DNA of 64,000 nt from Patescibacteria group bacterium (GTDB lineage Bacteria; Patescibacteriota; Minisyncoccia; UBA6257; JAAZHW01), in assembly GCA_026415775.1 (NCBI GenBank), contig JAOAGL010000001.1, positions 414,831 to 478,830 on the forward strand. Direction: 5' to 3'. The position numbers were made by a program, and so were the translations under genes. The notes beneath the pieces are model-generated. The model was given only the letters and a program-made list of their open reading frames with translations, was not told the origin of the DNA and ran no database searches. This document shows positions 35,031-43,736 of the stretch, piece by piece. How positions within the stretch are numbered: the first letter of the stretch is position 1; each line of letters begins with the position of its first letter.

Positions 35031-36524
35031 TTATTCTTTAGTTGTCAATAACGATTTTAATCGCTCTTGGACAATATTAGGATTATATCGACCTTTGGTT
35101 TCTCGCATTACTTGACCAACTAGAAATTGTAAGGCATTAGCTTTTCCTTTTTGGAAATCCGCTACAGGATTAGGATTTTCAGCAATAATCTTTTTAACTA
35201 TTTCATCAATTTCTGAAGTATCAGAAATTTGAAAAAGATTTTTTTCTTTAATTATCACTTCGGGATTGGCACCGCTCTCAAATATTTCTGCTAATACTGA
35301 TTTAGCCGCAGCTGATGAAATTTTATTTTCATCAATAAAATTAATTAATAAAGCGAAGTGATTGGTTGGAATTTTTAAATCGCTAATTTTATAGTTATTT
35401 TGAAACATTAAAGCTCTTAAATCAGTAATAAGATAGTTATAGGCCAACTTTATTCTTTTTTCGCGTCGCTCTCCTTCTAAGGGTTTTAGAGCATCCAATT
35501 CCATTACAACTTTTTCAAAATAATCAGCTAATTCGAAATCATAAACCAATTCTTCTATTTCTTTTGGTTTAAATCCAAACTCTTTCATAAATCTTAAACG
35601 TTTTTCATTGGGTAATTCTGGCACTTCACGTTTAATTTCTTCTAAATCAAACTCTTCATTAACTTTTATAGGTTTTAAATCTGGCTCTGGGAAATAACGA
35701 TAATCATGCGCTTCTTCTTTTTTTCGTTGCGATATTGTTTTTTGCGTTTTCTCATCCCAACCGCGCGTTTCCTGAATAATCTTCTCGCTTTTTTCTAATA
35801 AATCAATTTGTCTTTCCATTTCATACTTTATCGCCTCTTCTACTGCCTTAAATGAATTGAGATTTTTAATTTCTACTTTTGTCCCCAATCCTTCTTCATC
35901 TTCTTTTTTCACAGAAATATTAACCTCGCAACGCATCTCCCCTTTTTCCATGTCGGCATTAGCAATTTTTAAATATCTAATAATTAATTGTAATTCTTCG
36001 CAAAATTTTTTGGCCTCTTCCGCTGAATGAATGTCGGGCTCAGTTACCAATTCAGCCAAAGGTACACCTGCTCGATTAAAATCAACGTAAGTTTTATTAT
36101 TTTCATGAATTAATCGTCCTGTGTCTTCTTCTAAATGAATACGGCGAATGCGAATTTTTTTAAATTCAAAAAGGTTGGTTTGCGGATTTATAAAAGGAAT
36201 TTCTAAATAACCATTTTCACAAAATGGCATATCGTATTGCGAAATTTGATATCCCTTTGGTAAATCCGGATAAAAATAATTTTTTCTATCAAATTTTGAA
36301 ATTTCTCGCAAATGACAATTTAAAGCGCTTCCTAATTTTAAAACACTTCTTATTGCTTCTTTGTTTGGTTTAGGTAAGGTGCCTGGATGCCCCAAACAAA
36401 TCGGACAAACATTTAAATTAGGATGTTTTTCCTCTGAATCATTCAAACAATCACAAAACATCTTATTTTTTGTTTTTAACTCAATATGGATTTCTAAACC
36501 AATAGTTGCTAAATAATTGGACAT
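35031..36524 (-). CDS. gatB: Asp-tRNA(Asn)/Glu-tRNA(Gln) amidotransferase subunit B
   Basis: N-terminus MSNYLATIGLEIHIELKTKNKMFCDC..., 497 aa, C-terminal YqeY-like tail. Confidence 0.9.
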   Translation of the reverse strand: MSNYLATIGLEIHIELKTKNKMFCDCLNDSEEKHPNLNVCPICLGHPGTLPKPNKEAIRSVLKLGSALNCHLREISKFDRKNYFYPDLPKGYQISQYDMPFCENGYLEIPFINPQTNLFEFKKIRIRRIHLEEDTGRLIHENNKTYVDFNRAGVPLAELVTEPDIHSAEEAKKFCEELQLIIRYLKIANADMEKGEMRCEVNISVKKEDEEGLGTKVEIKNLNSFKAVEEAIKYEMERQIDLLEKSEKIIQETRGWDEKTQKTISQRKKEEAHDYRYFPEPDLKPIKVNEEFDLEEIKREVPELPNEKRLRFMKEFGFKPKEIEELVYDFELADYFEKVVMELDALKPLEGERREKRIKLAYNYLITDLRALMFQNNYKISDLKIPTNHFALLINFIDENKISSAAAKSVLAEIFESGANPEVIIKEKNLFQISDTSEIDEIVKKIIAENPNPVADFQKGKANALQFLVGQVMRETKGRYNPNIVQERLKSLLTTKE

Positions 36525-36538
36525 ATTTTTTATTATAA

Positions 36539-37036
36539 CTATTTTTTAAAATCTTTGCAGATTTTTTCAAAAAATATTTGAGGCGTTGGTGCCACATCCC
36601 AAATTAAAAAAGAAACAAATGGTTCTTCGTATAAATCATCGGGATAATGACCCATCATCACTTTTTTTTCTAAAGCATAAATTTTTTTATCCAACACCGA
36701 AGCAGCAAATAATTCTCCACTGGTATTCACGCCGACATAGCCGTTTTTATTGAAAATAAAAACGATATCGGCAATTTTTACTCTTTGAAATAAATGATTT
36801 GAGGCGTCCCAAATTAATTGTTTGCGATATTCTTCTTTTTTTAATCTTTCCTTCTCAGACGCTTCTAAAAATTCTTTCGGCAGTTCATCAAAATCAGGTT
36901 CTAAAATCATAAATGGTTTTTGATTTTTTCGAACAAGTTCTCTAAATTCTTTAATAAATTCTAAAAGTTCTGGACGAAATCTTTGGCTTGAACAAAAAAC
37001 AATTTTCTTGACCGGCTCTTTAAAAAACAGCATCAT
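36539..37036 (-). CDS. Hypothetical protein, possibly a nucleoside 2-deoxyribosyltransferase-like Rossmann fold
   Basis: KIVFCSS...ADIVFIFNKNGYVGVNTSGELFAA is a weak resemblance. It lies in a nucleotide-metabolism neighbourhood (NUDIX, tmk). Confidence 0.25.
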   Translation of the reverse strand: MMLFFKEPVKKIVFCSSQRFRPELLEFIKEFRELVRKNQKPFMILEPDFDELPKEFLEASEKERLKKEEYRKQLIWDASNHLFQRVKIADIVFIFNKNGYVGVNTSGELFAASVLDKKIYALEKKVMMGHYPDDLYEEPFVSFLIWDVAPTPQIFFEKICKDFKK

Positions 37037-37086
37037 ACTTTATTATTTTAGCAAAAATTTATTAATAAATCTATTATTAAAAATTA

Positions 37087-37122
37087 AAAAGGTCCTGTTT
37101 TATTTCAGGACCTTTATTATTT
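37087..37122. terminator. Bidirectional rho-independent terminator
   Basis: aaaggtcctg-ttttattt-caggaccttt, 10-bp perfect stem, flanked by A and T runs. Confidence 0.7.
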
Positions 37123-37519
37123 TAAAAATTTTTATCCACACTGGCTCCAATTTTTCACTCTCAGCTAACTTTTTAATTTCTTCTGGAGTAAACCACCTAT
37201 ACCTTTTAACTTCTTCCTTTCGCACCCTAACACTTCCCGTAAAACCTGCTTTAAAAACCCACCAGTAATGCGATTTAGAACCTCGGCGGCAATGATTTTT
37301 ATAAAATTTTCTTTTCTTTATCAATAATTTTAACTTTCTAACTTTCAGGCCAACTTCTTCTCTCGCTTCTTTGATAGCAGCGTTTTTTGGTGTTTCTCTG
37401 CTCTCAATATGACCCGCTACCCCAGCCCAATAAAAAGGAAATCTTTTTCTATCAATCAACAAGAATTTTCCGCCTTTCTCTATAACAACTCCGACACTCT
37501 TTTTGCTACATTTTTTCAT
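37100..37519 (-). CDS. NUDIX hydrolase
   Basis: Nudix box GHIESRETPKNAAIKEAREEVGL (GX5EX7REUXEEXGU). Confidence 0.8.
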   Translation of the reverse strand: MKKCSKKSVGVVIEKGGKFLLIDRKRFPFYWAGVAGHIESRETPKNAAIKEAREEVGLKVRKLKLLIKKRKFYKNHCRRGSKSHYWWVFKAGFTGSVRVRKEEVKRYRWFTPEEIKKLAESEKLEPVWIKIFKIIKVLK

Positions 37520-38357
37520 ATTTTTTTCTTAACTCTTCTATATATTTCCACGACTCTTCGAACACGTCCTCAATCGGCGGTTCAGCATTGATAATAACAA
37601 CTTTCATTTTTTGATTTCCTTTTTTCAACTTTCTCATTAATGGTTTATTCGGCTTGGGGGTTTTAAACCGAAAAGAAAACAACCACCGCGCGGCCTTTTC
37701 AATCTCTTCTAGAGTTTTCTTATTTTCATAAACATCTATAACTTTACCAGATTCTTTCAGACGCTCCAATGCGACTTCAACTGGCGCCCAGTAAAAAAGG
37801 AGGAGATTCGGTCCAATATAATTTTCCCTAAGAATCCGTAAATGACGGTATGATAGATACGGAAACGACAATCCTTTAGCCATTCCGTGAAGATAACAAG
37901 AAATATCATACCTGTCTTGAATAACAACTCCTCCCCGTTTGAGCGCTGGTAAAATATTTTCTTTGACATCGAGCAGCCGATCTGTCATAAACAAAAATTG
38001 CCTTTTAGCCTCTTCGTTGTTACGAATATAGCCGCTACCAAATTCTTCAATAATTGATTTGGCTATTTCTAATCGTGAATCATCGGGTGGAAAAATTTTT
38101 TTTAAAATATTCATTATCTGCTCTTTCGACAGGTTTGGCGCCTTTTTCTCAATAACCTGTCGAATAAACAATCCGAGGTCCGTCGATGTAGGTTCATGGT
38201 TATACTTCACCATTACTCCCTCTTCTGCCAAGCTTTCCTCAATCATTTTTGCCTGTGTAGTCTTACCAGAGCCATTCAGCCCCTCAATTAAAATGAATTT
38301 CCCTTTTAAATCATTAATCTTGACATAAGGGATGTGCTTCATAGATTTTCTAAACAT
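37506..38357 (-). CDS. tmk: Thymidylate kinase with ~70-aa C-terminal extension
   Basis: P-loop ILIEGLNGSGKTTQ, DRY motif VIQDRYDISCY. It is 283 aa versus a typical ~210. Confidence 0.8.
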   Translation of the reverse strand: MFRKSMKHIPYVKINDLKGKFILIEGLNGSGKTTQAKMIEESLAEEGVMVKYNHEPTSTDLGLFIRQVIEKKAPNLSKEQIMNILKKIFPPDDSRLEIAKSIIEEFGSGYIRNNEEAKRQFLFMTDRLLDVKENILPALKRGGVVIQDRYDISCYLHGMAKGLSFPYLSYRHLRILRENYIGPNLLLFYWAPVEVALERLKESGKVIDVYENKKTLEEIEKAARWLFSFRFKTPKPNKPLMRKLKKGNQKMKVVIINAEPPIEDVFEESWKYIEELRKKYEKM

Positions 38358-38430
38358 TTAACACCTCCTTTAAAAATTTTAAATTTCTGCCTTTATTATG
38401 AATAAAATTCTATTTTTGTCAAATCTAAAT

Positions 38431-40494
38431 TTATTCCTCTTTAATTTCAATATCTTTAACCTCTTTCCCAATTTTCTGTTTAACCCATTCCAAATCCTTT
38501 AAAAGTTTTAATTCTAATCCCTCTTCTTCTTCTTTTATTTCACCTTTAAGTTTAAGGCTTTCGATAAATTCTAGTTGTTTTTCAATATCGCGTTTCAACA
38601 GTAAAAATCCATAACGAACTGCCTCTTCAGCTTCTTTAATTTCTTTCATTACTAGGCGATGTTTCTTTCTCCCCTGATAAAAATGATAGGAGGTATAAAT
38701 CAAAGCAATAATCAAAATAATAAACAAAACAAGAGAAACCACAAAATAAATTGCCTCATAACTTAACTGCGAAACTCCAAATTGAAAAGCAACGGGTTTC
38801 ACGGTTAACTTAAACTGCGGCGACGGCGGACTTAATTCATTATTAACTCTCATCTGTGTCCAAATTAAATAATTACCGCTAATCAAAAACTTCGGATGCG
38901 AATAAAACCAATCGCCTTTGTTGTCAGATAAAGCAGCAAGAGAAGTGACCTCTCCAGTTTCTAAATTCTGAAGATAAATAATTACTTCGGCATTTGCCAC
39001 TTGAGTTTTCCCACCAATATAAAATATTTCTCTGTTTGTAATATTCTCTGAAAATTCTAAAACAATCGGCGGTGATAACTTAGCAGTTTGAGCTTTAATA
39101 GTTGAAAGAGTCAACAAACAAGATAATCCCACAATCAAAATAATAACTGCGATTTTCCCATATTCTTTTCTTTTATTTTTTAATTCTTCGATGCGTTGTT
39201 TAATAACCGGATCTTTTTCAATGCCGCCTAACAAAATTTTATTCTTTTGATAATGCCATTTTCTGGCTTTGTAAGCGAAAAAACCAATTAAAGCAATTAG
39301 ACAGATAAGTATTAACCATAGGCCAATCCATGGGATAGAAATAATTTCGCTGATTTTTAAGCCTTCCCCTTGAACAAATTGAAATATAGGTGTCACGATT
39401 TTAACTCGTTTTTTACTCTCAATAAAATTTCCGGCTCTATCGTAAGCCCTAACATATAAATCATAATCGCCTAAATCTAACTGAAGGATGTGCGGCAAAT
39501 CTGCTTCTGTAAATAAAATTTGGGGTGTTTCTTGCTGAGCCTGAACTGATTTGTTTAATTTCAACGGAATGACTTTAATTTCATAATGGTCTATACCTGA
39601 AGTAGTGTCCGTAGTTAAAAATTCCAAAATAATTGTTTTTTGACTAGTATGCGTTGAAGGAGAAACTTTTATTGGAAATTGAGCTGGCGGACTTGTGTCA
39701 ATTTTAACCGCATAATGACTTACACCACCCCAAAAACCACTTCTTTTAGCTTTTAAATGAAAATACCAGACACCATCAGCAAGATTATTATAATTTACAT
39801 AGTTTTCTTTTTCATCAAGAATATCGTCTGGAATAGTTAAAGGATTATTATCTAAAACATAACTGTATCCTTCAATCCCTTTTCCCTCTTCAACCAGCCA
39901 TTGAAAATTAACATTATCATTGTTGTACCATTTTGTGGAGTCTGGATGCGTTGAAGAAATAATCTCTGGGCCGGCAGGAGGAGGAAGTACTAATTCATAA
40001 ACGCCACCCTTTGTTTGTCCTAAAACATCTGTTCCTTTTCCATCAGCTAAAAGAACTTTTGATTTTGCAGTATCGAATCTGAGTGACGCTGTGCCAATTT
40101 CTTTAGCGCGGAAAGTAACTGTCAGCAACAAACATGAATCAGTGTTAATGCCCGGCGCGCTAATCCCTCCAGATAATTCTAACCATCCTTCAGAATTAGA
40201 ATATGTTGGTTGTTTCAACCAAATTTCCAAACATGATTTTCCTGTTGAAGGAGAAACAATTTGTAATTTTTCTGATGGAAATAAAATTTTTGTTTGAACG
40301 GCATTAATAAAATTGCCATTAGTATTAACATAAAAAGAAACTGTAAAAGTATTACCAATAGGAATTGTTCCTGAATTCGGAGAAACATATAAAACAGCCT
40401 CTTTAATTTCTGCCTTCAAAGGGTATATTAAAGGGGCGACAACGAACAAAACAATGATTAAATTAACAATTAGAAAATTCGGGAATTTTTTCAT
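38431..40494 (-). CDS. Large multi-TM surface protein with an N-terminal cohesin-like domain
   Basis: Signal/TM at the N-terminus. Residues ~30-150 (AVLYVSPNSGTIPIGNTFTVSFYVNT...ILFPSEKLQIV...LLADGKGT) resemble cohesin modules. It has three internal TM helices and a charged coiled-coil C-terminus. Confidence 0.4.
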   Translation of the reverse strand: MKKFPNFLIVNLIIVLFVVAPLIYPLKAEIKEAVLYVSPNSGTIPIGNTFTVSFYVNTNGNFINAVQTKILFPSEKLQIVSPSTGKSCLEIWLKQPTYSNSEGWLELSGGISAPGINTDSCLLLTVTFRAKEIGTASLRFDTAKSKVLLADGKGTDVLGQTKGGVYELVLPPPAGPEIISSTHPDSTKWYNNDNVNFQWLVEEGKGIEGYSYVLDNNPLTIPDDILDEKENYVNYNNLADGVWYFHLKAKRSGFWGGVSHYAVKIDTSPPAQFPIKVSPSTHTSQKTIILEFLTTDTTSGIDHYEIKVIPLKLNKSVQAQQETPQILFTEADLPHILQLDLGDYDLYVRAYDRAGNFIESKKRVKIVTPIFQFVQGEGLKISEIISIPWIGLWLILICLIALIGFFAYKARKWHYQKNKILLGGIEKDPVIKQRIEELKNKRKEYGKIAVIILIVGLSCLLTLSTIKAQTAKLSPPIVLEFSENITNREIFYIGGKTQVANAEVIIYLQNLETGEVTSLAALSDNKGDWFYSHPKFLISGNYLIWTQMRVNNELSPPSPQFKLTVKPVAFQFGVSQLSYEAIYFVVSLVLFIILIIALIYTSYHFYQGRKKHRLVMKEIKEAEEAVRYGFLLLKRDIEKQLEFIESLKLKGEIKEEEEGLELKLLKDLEWVKQKIGKEVKDIEIKEE

Positions 40495-40504
40495 TTTATT
40501 TCCA

Positions 40505-41392
40505 CTACCTTCTTTTATTATAAAATAATTTTACTAATAAACCAATTACTAAAATTGCTATAATAATTAAAATCAATTTTTCAAATAAAACTCTATAAAA
40601 ATAAACTGTTCGTTGATTACTATTACCAAAATTATCCACAGCCAAAAATTGAATAGCCCAAATATTTTTAGAAAAACCAAAGGGATTAGTTATTTCATAC
40701 CAATCACTCCATTGAAACCATTTTTTTACTCTAGCAAAATCTTTAACCATTCCAGAGTTATCTTTTGTTTCAAAAATTAAAAACTTCTCTTTGCTGTTGA
40801 AAGGATTATCAGCTATTCTAAACAATAAAATTTCTGGCTGAATTTTATCTTCCTTAACTATCACTGGTCCTTGTTTAACAACCAAACCAGAATTTTCTTG
40901 ATTATCACCTTCTATCTTGATTTGTGAAATATACAAAGGGATATTTTTAATTTCTATTTCATCAGCCATTGTCCCTTTGCCATCAGCCAAATAAGCAGCT
41001 GCTTTTTTAAAAACAAAATTTTCTTGTCCAGCTTTTAGCGCTTCAAAAATTAACGCAATAATTTGTCCATTTTCACCAACAAATGGTTGAATGGAGCCTC
41101 CTTGTAAAATAATTTCATTTTGATTATTCACTTCGATTTTTTTCCAAATATTTATAATGGAATTATCTTTATCAAATTGCTTAAATTTTATTAATTCGGA
41201 AGGATATTGAACAATTAAATCATATGCATTAAGCGGTTTATCAGAATCAACGCGAACATAAACAATAAATTCCAAAGATTTATTATCGGGTTGAATTCCA
41301 TCAAAATAAAAAACTGTTTTAGCGTCCACGCGCAAACTCAAGAAAAAAGAACAACAAATAAAGATTAAAAATAATATTCTGGTTTTTTTCAT
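40505..41392 (-). CDS. Secreted/anchored protein with a cohesin-like domain (paralogous to the N-terminus of 38431-40494)
   Basis: LNAYDLIVQYPSELIKF... and AAAYLADGKGT share the LADGKGT motif with its neighbour. Signal peptide and C-terminal TM (LILIIIAILVIGLLVKLF). Confidence 0.4.
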   Translation of the reverse strand: MKKTRILFLIFICCSFFLSLRVDAKTVFYFDGIQPDNKSLEFIVYVRVDSDKPLNAYDLIVQYPSELIKFKQFDKDNSIINIWKKIEVNNQNEIILQGGSIQPFVGENGQIIALIFEALKAGQENFVFKKAAAYLADGKGTMADEIEIKNIPLYISQIKIEGDNQENSGLVVKQGPVIVKEDKIQPEILLFRIADNPFNSKEKFLIFETKDNSGMVKDFARVKKWFQWSDWYEITNPFGFSKNIWAIQFLAVDNFGNSNQRTVYFYRVLFEKLILIIIAILVIGLLVKLFYNKRR

Positions 41393-41393
41393 A

Positions 41394-41912
41394 TTAGCCA
41401 GTCCAATAATAAAGAATTATTGATAAATCGACAATATCTAAAACACCATCGTCATTTAAATCTTGCCAATAAAAATCTTCATTTGGATTCCCCCAGTAAT
41501 AAAGAAATATTGAAAGGTCGACAATATCAACTCTTCTATCTTTATTAAAATCTGGCGATTTTTTTCTTAAATAAATATCAGGTGGTAAAGTAGGACCAAA
41601 AGGTGGCGAAGGTAAAATAGGAGAAACAATAAAACCGCCACCGGGATGAGGCGTTAGCGTCGGTGTTGGAGTAAAGGTTATAGTTGGTGTCGGGGTTGGA
41701 GTCGGAGTGGGGGTTAAAGTTGGTGTGGGCGTTGGTGTTTCGGTTGGTGTTGGTGTAGGAGTAGGAGTGGTTGTGGGAGTTGGTGTTTCTCCGGGAATAA
41801 CTACTTCAATTATTAAATTTTGACTAGCAGAAAAAATCTCTTTTGTCAAAAAAAAAGAAAAGAACAAAAAAACAATAACAAAACAAAAAAACCACTTGCG
41901 ATAATCCAACAT
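41394..41912 (-). CDS. Secreted protein: signal peptide, Pro-Thr linker, C-terminal dockerin-like duplicated Ca-binding repeats
   Basis: Two tandem segments [20 protein letters not shown] and [20 protein letters not shown] fit the dockerin pattern D-x-N-x-D-G-x-x-D-x-x-D-hydrophobic helix. Confidence 0.5.
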   Translation of the reverse strand: MLDYRKWFFCFVIVFLFFSFFLTKEIFSASQNLIIEVVIPGETPTPTTTPTPTPTPTETPTPTPTLTPTPTPTPTPTITFTPTPTLTPHPGGGFIVSPILPSPPFGPTLPPDIYLRKKSPDFNKDRRVDIVDLSIFLYYWGNPNEDFYWQDLNDDGVLDIVDLSIILYYWTG

Positions 41913-41946
41913 ATTGGTGTTTTAAATGGATACTACTCTTTTCTTC

Positions 41947-42879
41947 TTATTCTTGATTTTCTTTTGGTTTTTCTTCTACCTTAACAATCTTGAATTTTTT
42001 CTTAAAAAGTTTAATTCCCCAGACAATCAAAAGAATAATTACAACAATAAGAATCGCCTCTTGGTAGGGAAATGCCCAAATTACTATCTTAGCCGGTTCA
42101 ATAGCCGGGCCGTTAGGAATATAAGTATTAATAACGACATTTAAAGGGCCAAAGAAGTATTTGCGGTCCCATTTAACAGCAAAAGTGCGGTCAAAACCCG
42201 GAAAAACAACGCGTGAATCAATTGCTAATTCTTGTTTTTGGAAAAGACCAGAAATAACCACCTTGCCTTCGGGCGCAATATAGGTATTGCCTTCGTTTAA
42301 AATTTTAAAAGCAGTTGTTAACGGCCCATGATCAATAAATTTAGGCGCTTGAATGCTGCTGATTTTAGCTTGTTTTACCACATCGCCAGTGACTTCCACC
42401 AAAATTACTGTGCCAGTTCGTCCCGAAATACCAATACCACTCGCCTCTTCTGCTGGTTTGCCTTTAAACAAAACAGCGGCGTAATGTCCGCCGGGCGGCG
42501 CATTCTCCGGAATTTTAATTTTATAATGAAACTCTCGACTCTGTTTTGGTTGAAGCTCAAATTCTTCAACATCATAACTAATCCACTTTGCCAAACCATA
42601 TTGATTAAGATCTTCGGAAGTTAAAGAAATACTTCCCTCAGCGCCACCCCTAATATTTTCCTTTTCCACAATTACCTTTAAAACAAAATCATTCGGATTA
42701 ACAATTGTTGTCATTCCCTCCCATTCTTGTCCCGGACTTAAAACAATTTTATAAGAAAGCGGGTAAACGGTGATTCCGATATCCGCTTTCGCTTGATTAA
42801 TAAGAAAAAGAAAAATTATTAAACAAAAAGCAAACAAAAATCCGTGAATTAAATTTTTTGTTGTTTTAGTTAACAACAT
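41947..42879 (-). CDS. Surface protein with N-terminal signal and C-terminal TM anchor (CscA/DUF916-like architecture)
   Basis: MLLTK...FCLIIFLFLINQAKA signal, C-terminal ILIVVIILLIVWGIKLF anchor. It lies immediately upstream of the WxL-like genes. The family assignment is inferred from architecture only. Confidence 0.35.
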   Translation of the reverse strand: MLLTKTTKNLIHGFLFAFCLIIFLFLINQAKADIGITVYPLSYKIVLSPGQEWEGMTTIVNPNDFVLKVIVEKENIRGGAEGSISLTSEDLNQYGLAKWISYDVEEFELQPKQSREFHYKIKIPENAPPGGHYAAVLFKGKPAEEASGIGISGRTGTVILVEVTGDVVKQAKISSIQAPKFIDHGPLTTAFKILNEGNTYIAPEGKVVISGLFQKQELAIDSRVVFPGFDRTFAVKWDRKYFFGPLNVVINTYIPNGPAIEPAKIVIWAFPYQEAILIVVIILLIVWGIKLFKKKFKIVKVEEKPKENQE

Positions 42880-42912
42880 ATTTTTTCTTTCTGCTATAAA
42901 AATCTGCTCTAA

Positions 42913-43524
42913 TTAAATCGCCAATGCTGTTAAGGTAATAGTACCGCTATAAACGCCGCTGGGTTGAGATATTGGTGCATCAATTCTAAACCCATAAACC
43001 ACTGTTTGCTCGCTTGATTGATAAGTACTAATTGTAGCTATTTCTTGAGAACTAGCTGGAAAACCAGCCCATTTTGGCGAAGAATCATTTGTGCCCCAAT
43101 AAGTAGAATTATATAAACCAGCTGGTGTCGTACCGGTTTGATAAACACGGAAGGATAAATTGGAACCGGGGGTATCTGTTGAATTGCTTCCATTCCAAGC
43201 TGTTTCATCGGGAAAATCAACTGTTTGATTGCTATCCAAATCTAAAGTAGAATTAGCATCATCTCTTTTTGCTGACAATTGCCAACCACTATTTGAGTTA
43301 GTCGTTACACTGCAAGAAGTAGTAGCGATAATTGGTGTCCCAGGAGTAAGAACTCCTAATGCTACAGTATTGGTGGCCAAGCTAAAAGTTAAAGTGGTCG
43401 TGACTGTCACTTGAATTGTCTGACTTTGATCACTGGCTTGAGCAATTTTGTAAAATTGATTAACTAAAGCCGAGCTTAAAACCACAAGACCGACCAAAAT
43501 AAAAATTTTTACATCGTTTTTCAT
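42913..43524 (-). CDS. Small secreted protein with a WxL-like C-terminal domain (homologous to the C-terminus of the giant protein)
   Basis: Signal peptide, GWQLSAK motif, and C-terminal FRIDAPISQPSGVYSGTITLTALAI. These align with YRADAPISQPIGVYTGDITITALGNL of ORF 43737-48338. Confidence 0.4.
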   Translation of the reverse strand: MKNDVKIFILVGLVVLSSALVNQFYKIAQASDQSQTIQVTVTTTLTFSLATNTVALGVLTPGTPIIATTSCSVTTNSNSGWQLSAKRDDANSTLDLDSNQTVDFPDETAWNGSNSTDTPGSNLSFRVYQTGTTPAGLYNSTYWGTNDSSPKWAGFPASSQEIATISTYQSSEQTVVYGFRIDAPISQPSGVYSGTITLTALAI

Positions 43525-43620
43525 TTTTTATTTTATTAATTAAAAATCGACCTTATTTTGATTCTTTAATCTTATTATAAAATTTTTTAATTCAATCAAC
43601 AAGTGAATTATCCACAACAA

Positions 43621-43736
43621 GTCTAGAAGCTAGAAAATAGAATCTAGAAGCTAGAATCTTGATTTTTAAGAACCTCTCCTTTCTTTCTTCTATTTTCTAT
43701 TTTCTATTTTCTAGATTCTATTTTCTAGCTTCTAAC
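43621..43736. repeat. Complex palindromic/tandem repeat: 26-bp perfect inverted repeat (43624-43649 vs 43709-43734) with internal direct repeats (tctagaagctagaa x2; ttctatt x3)
   Basis: Read directly from the sequence. It is unusually rich in CTAG. It sits 3 nt downstream of the stop of the giant gene and upstream of ORF 42913-43524. Confidence 0.7.
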
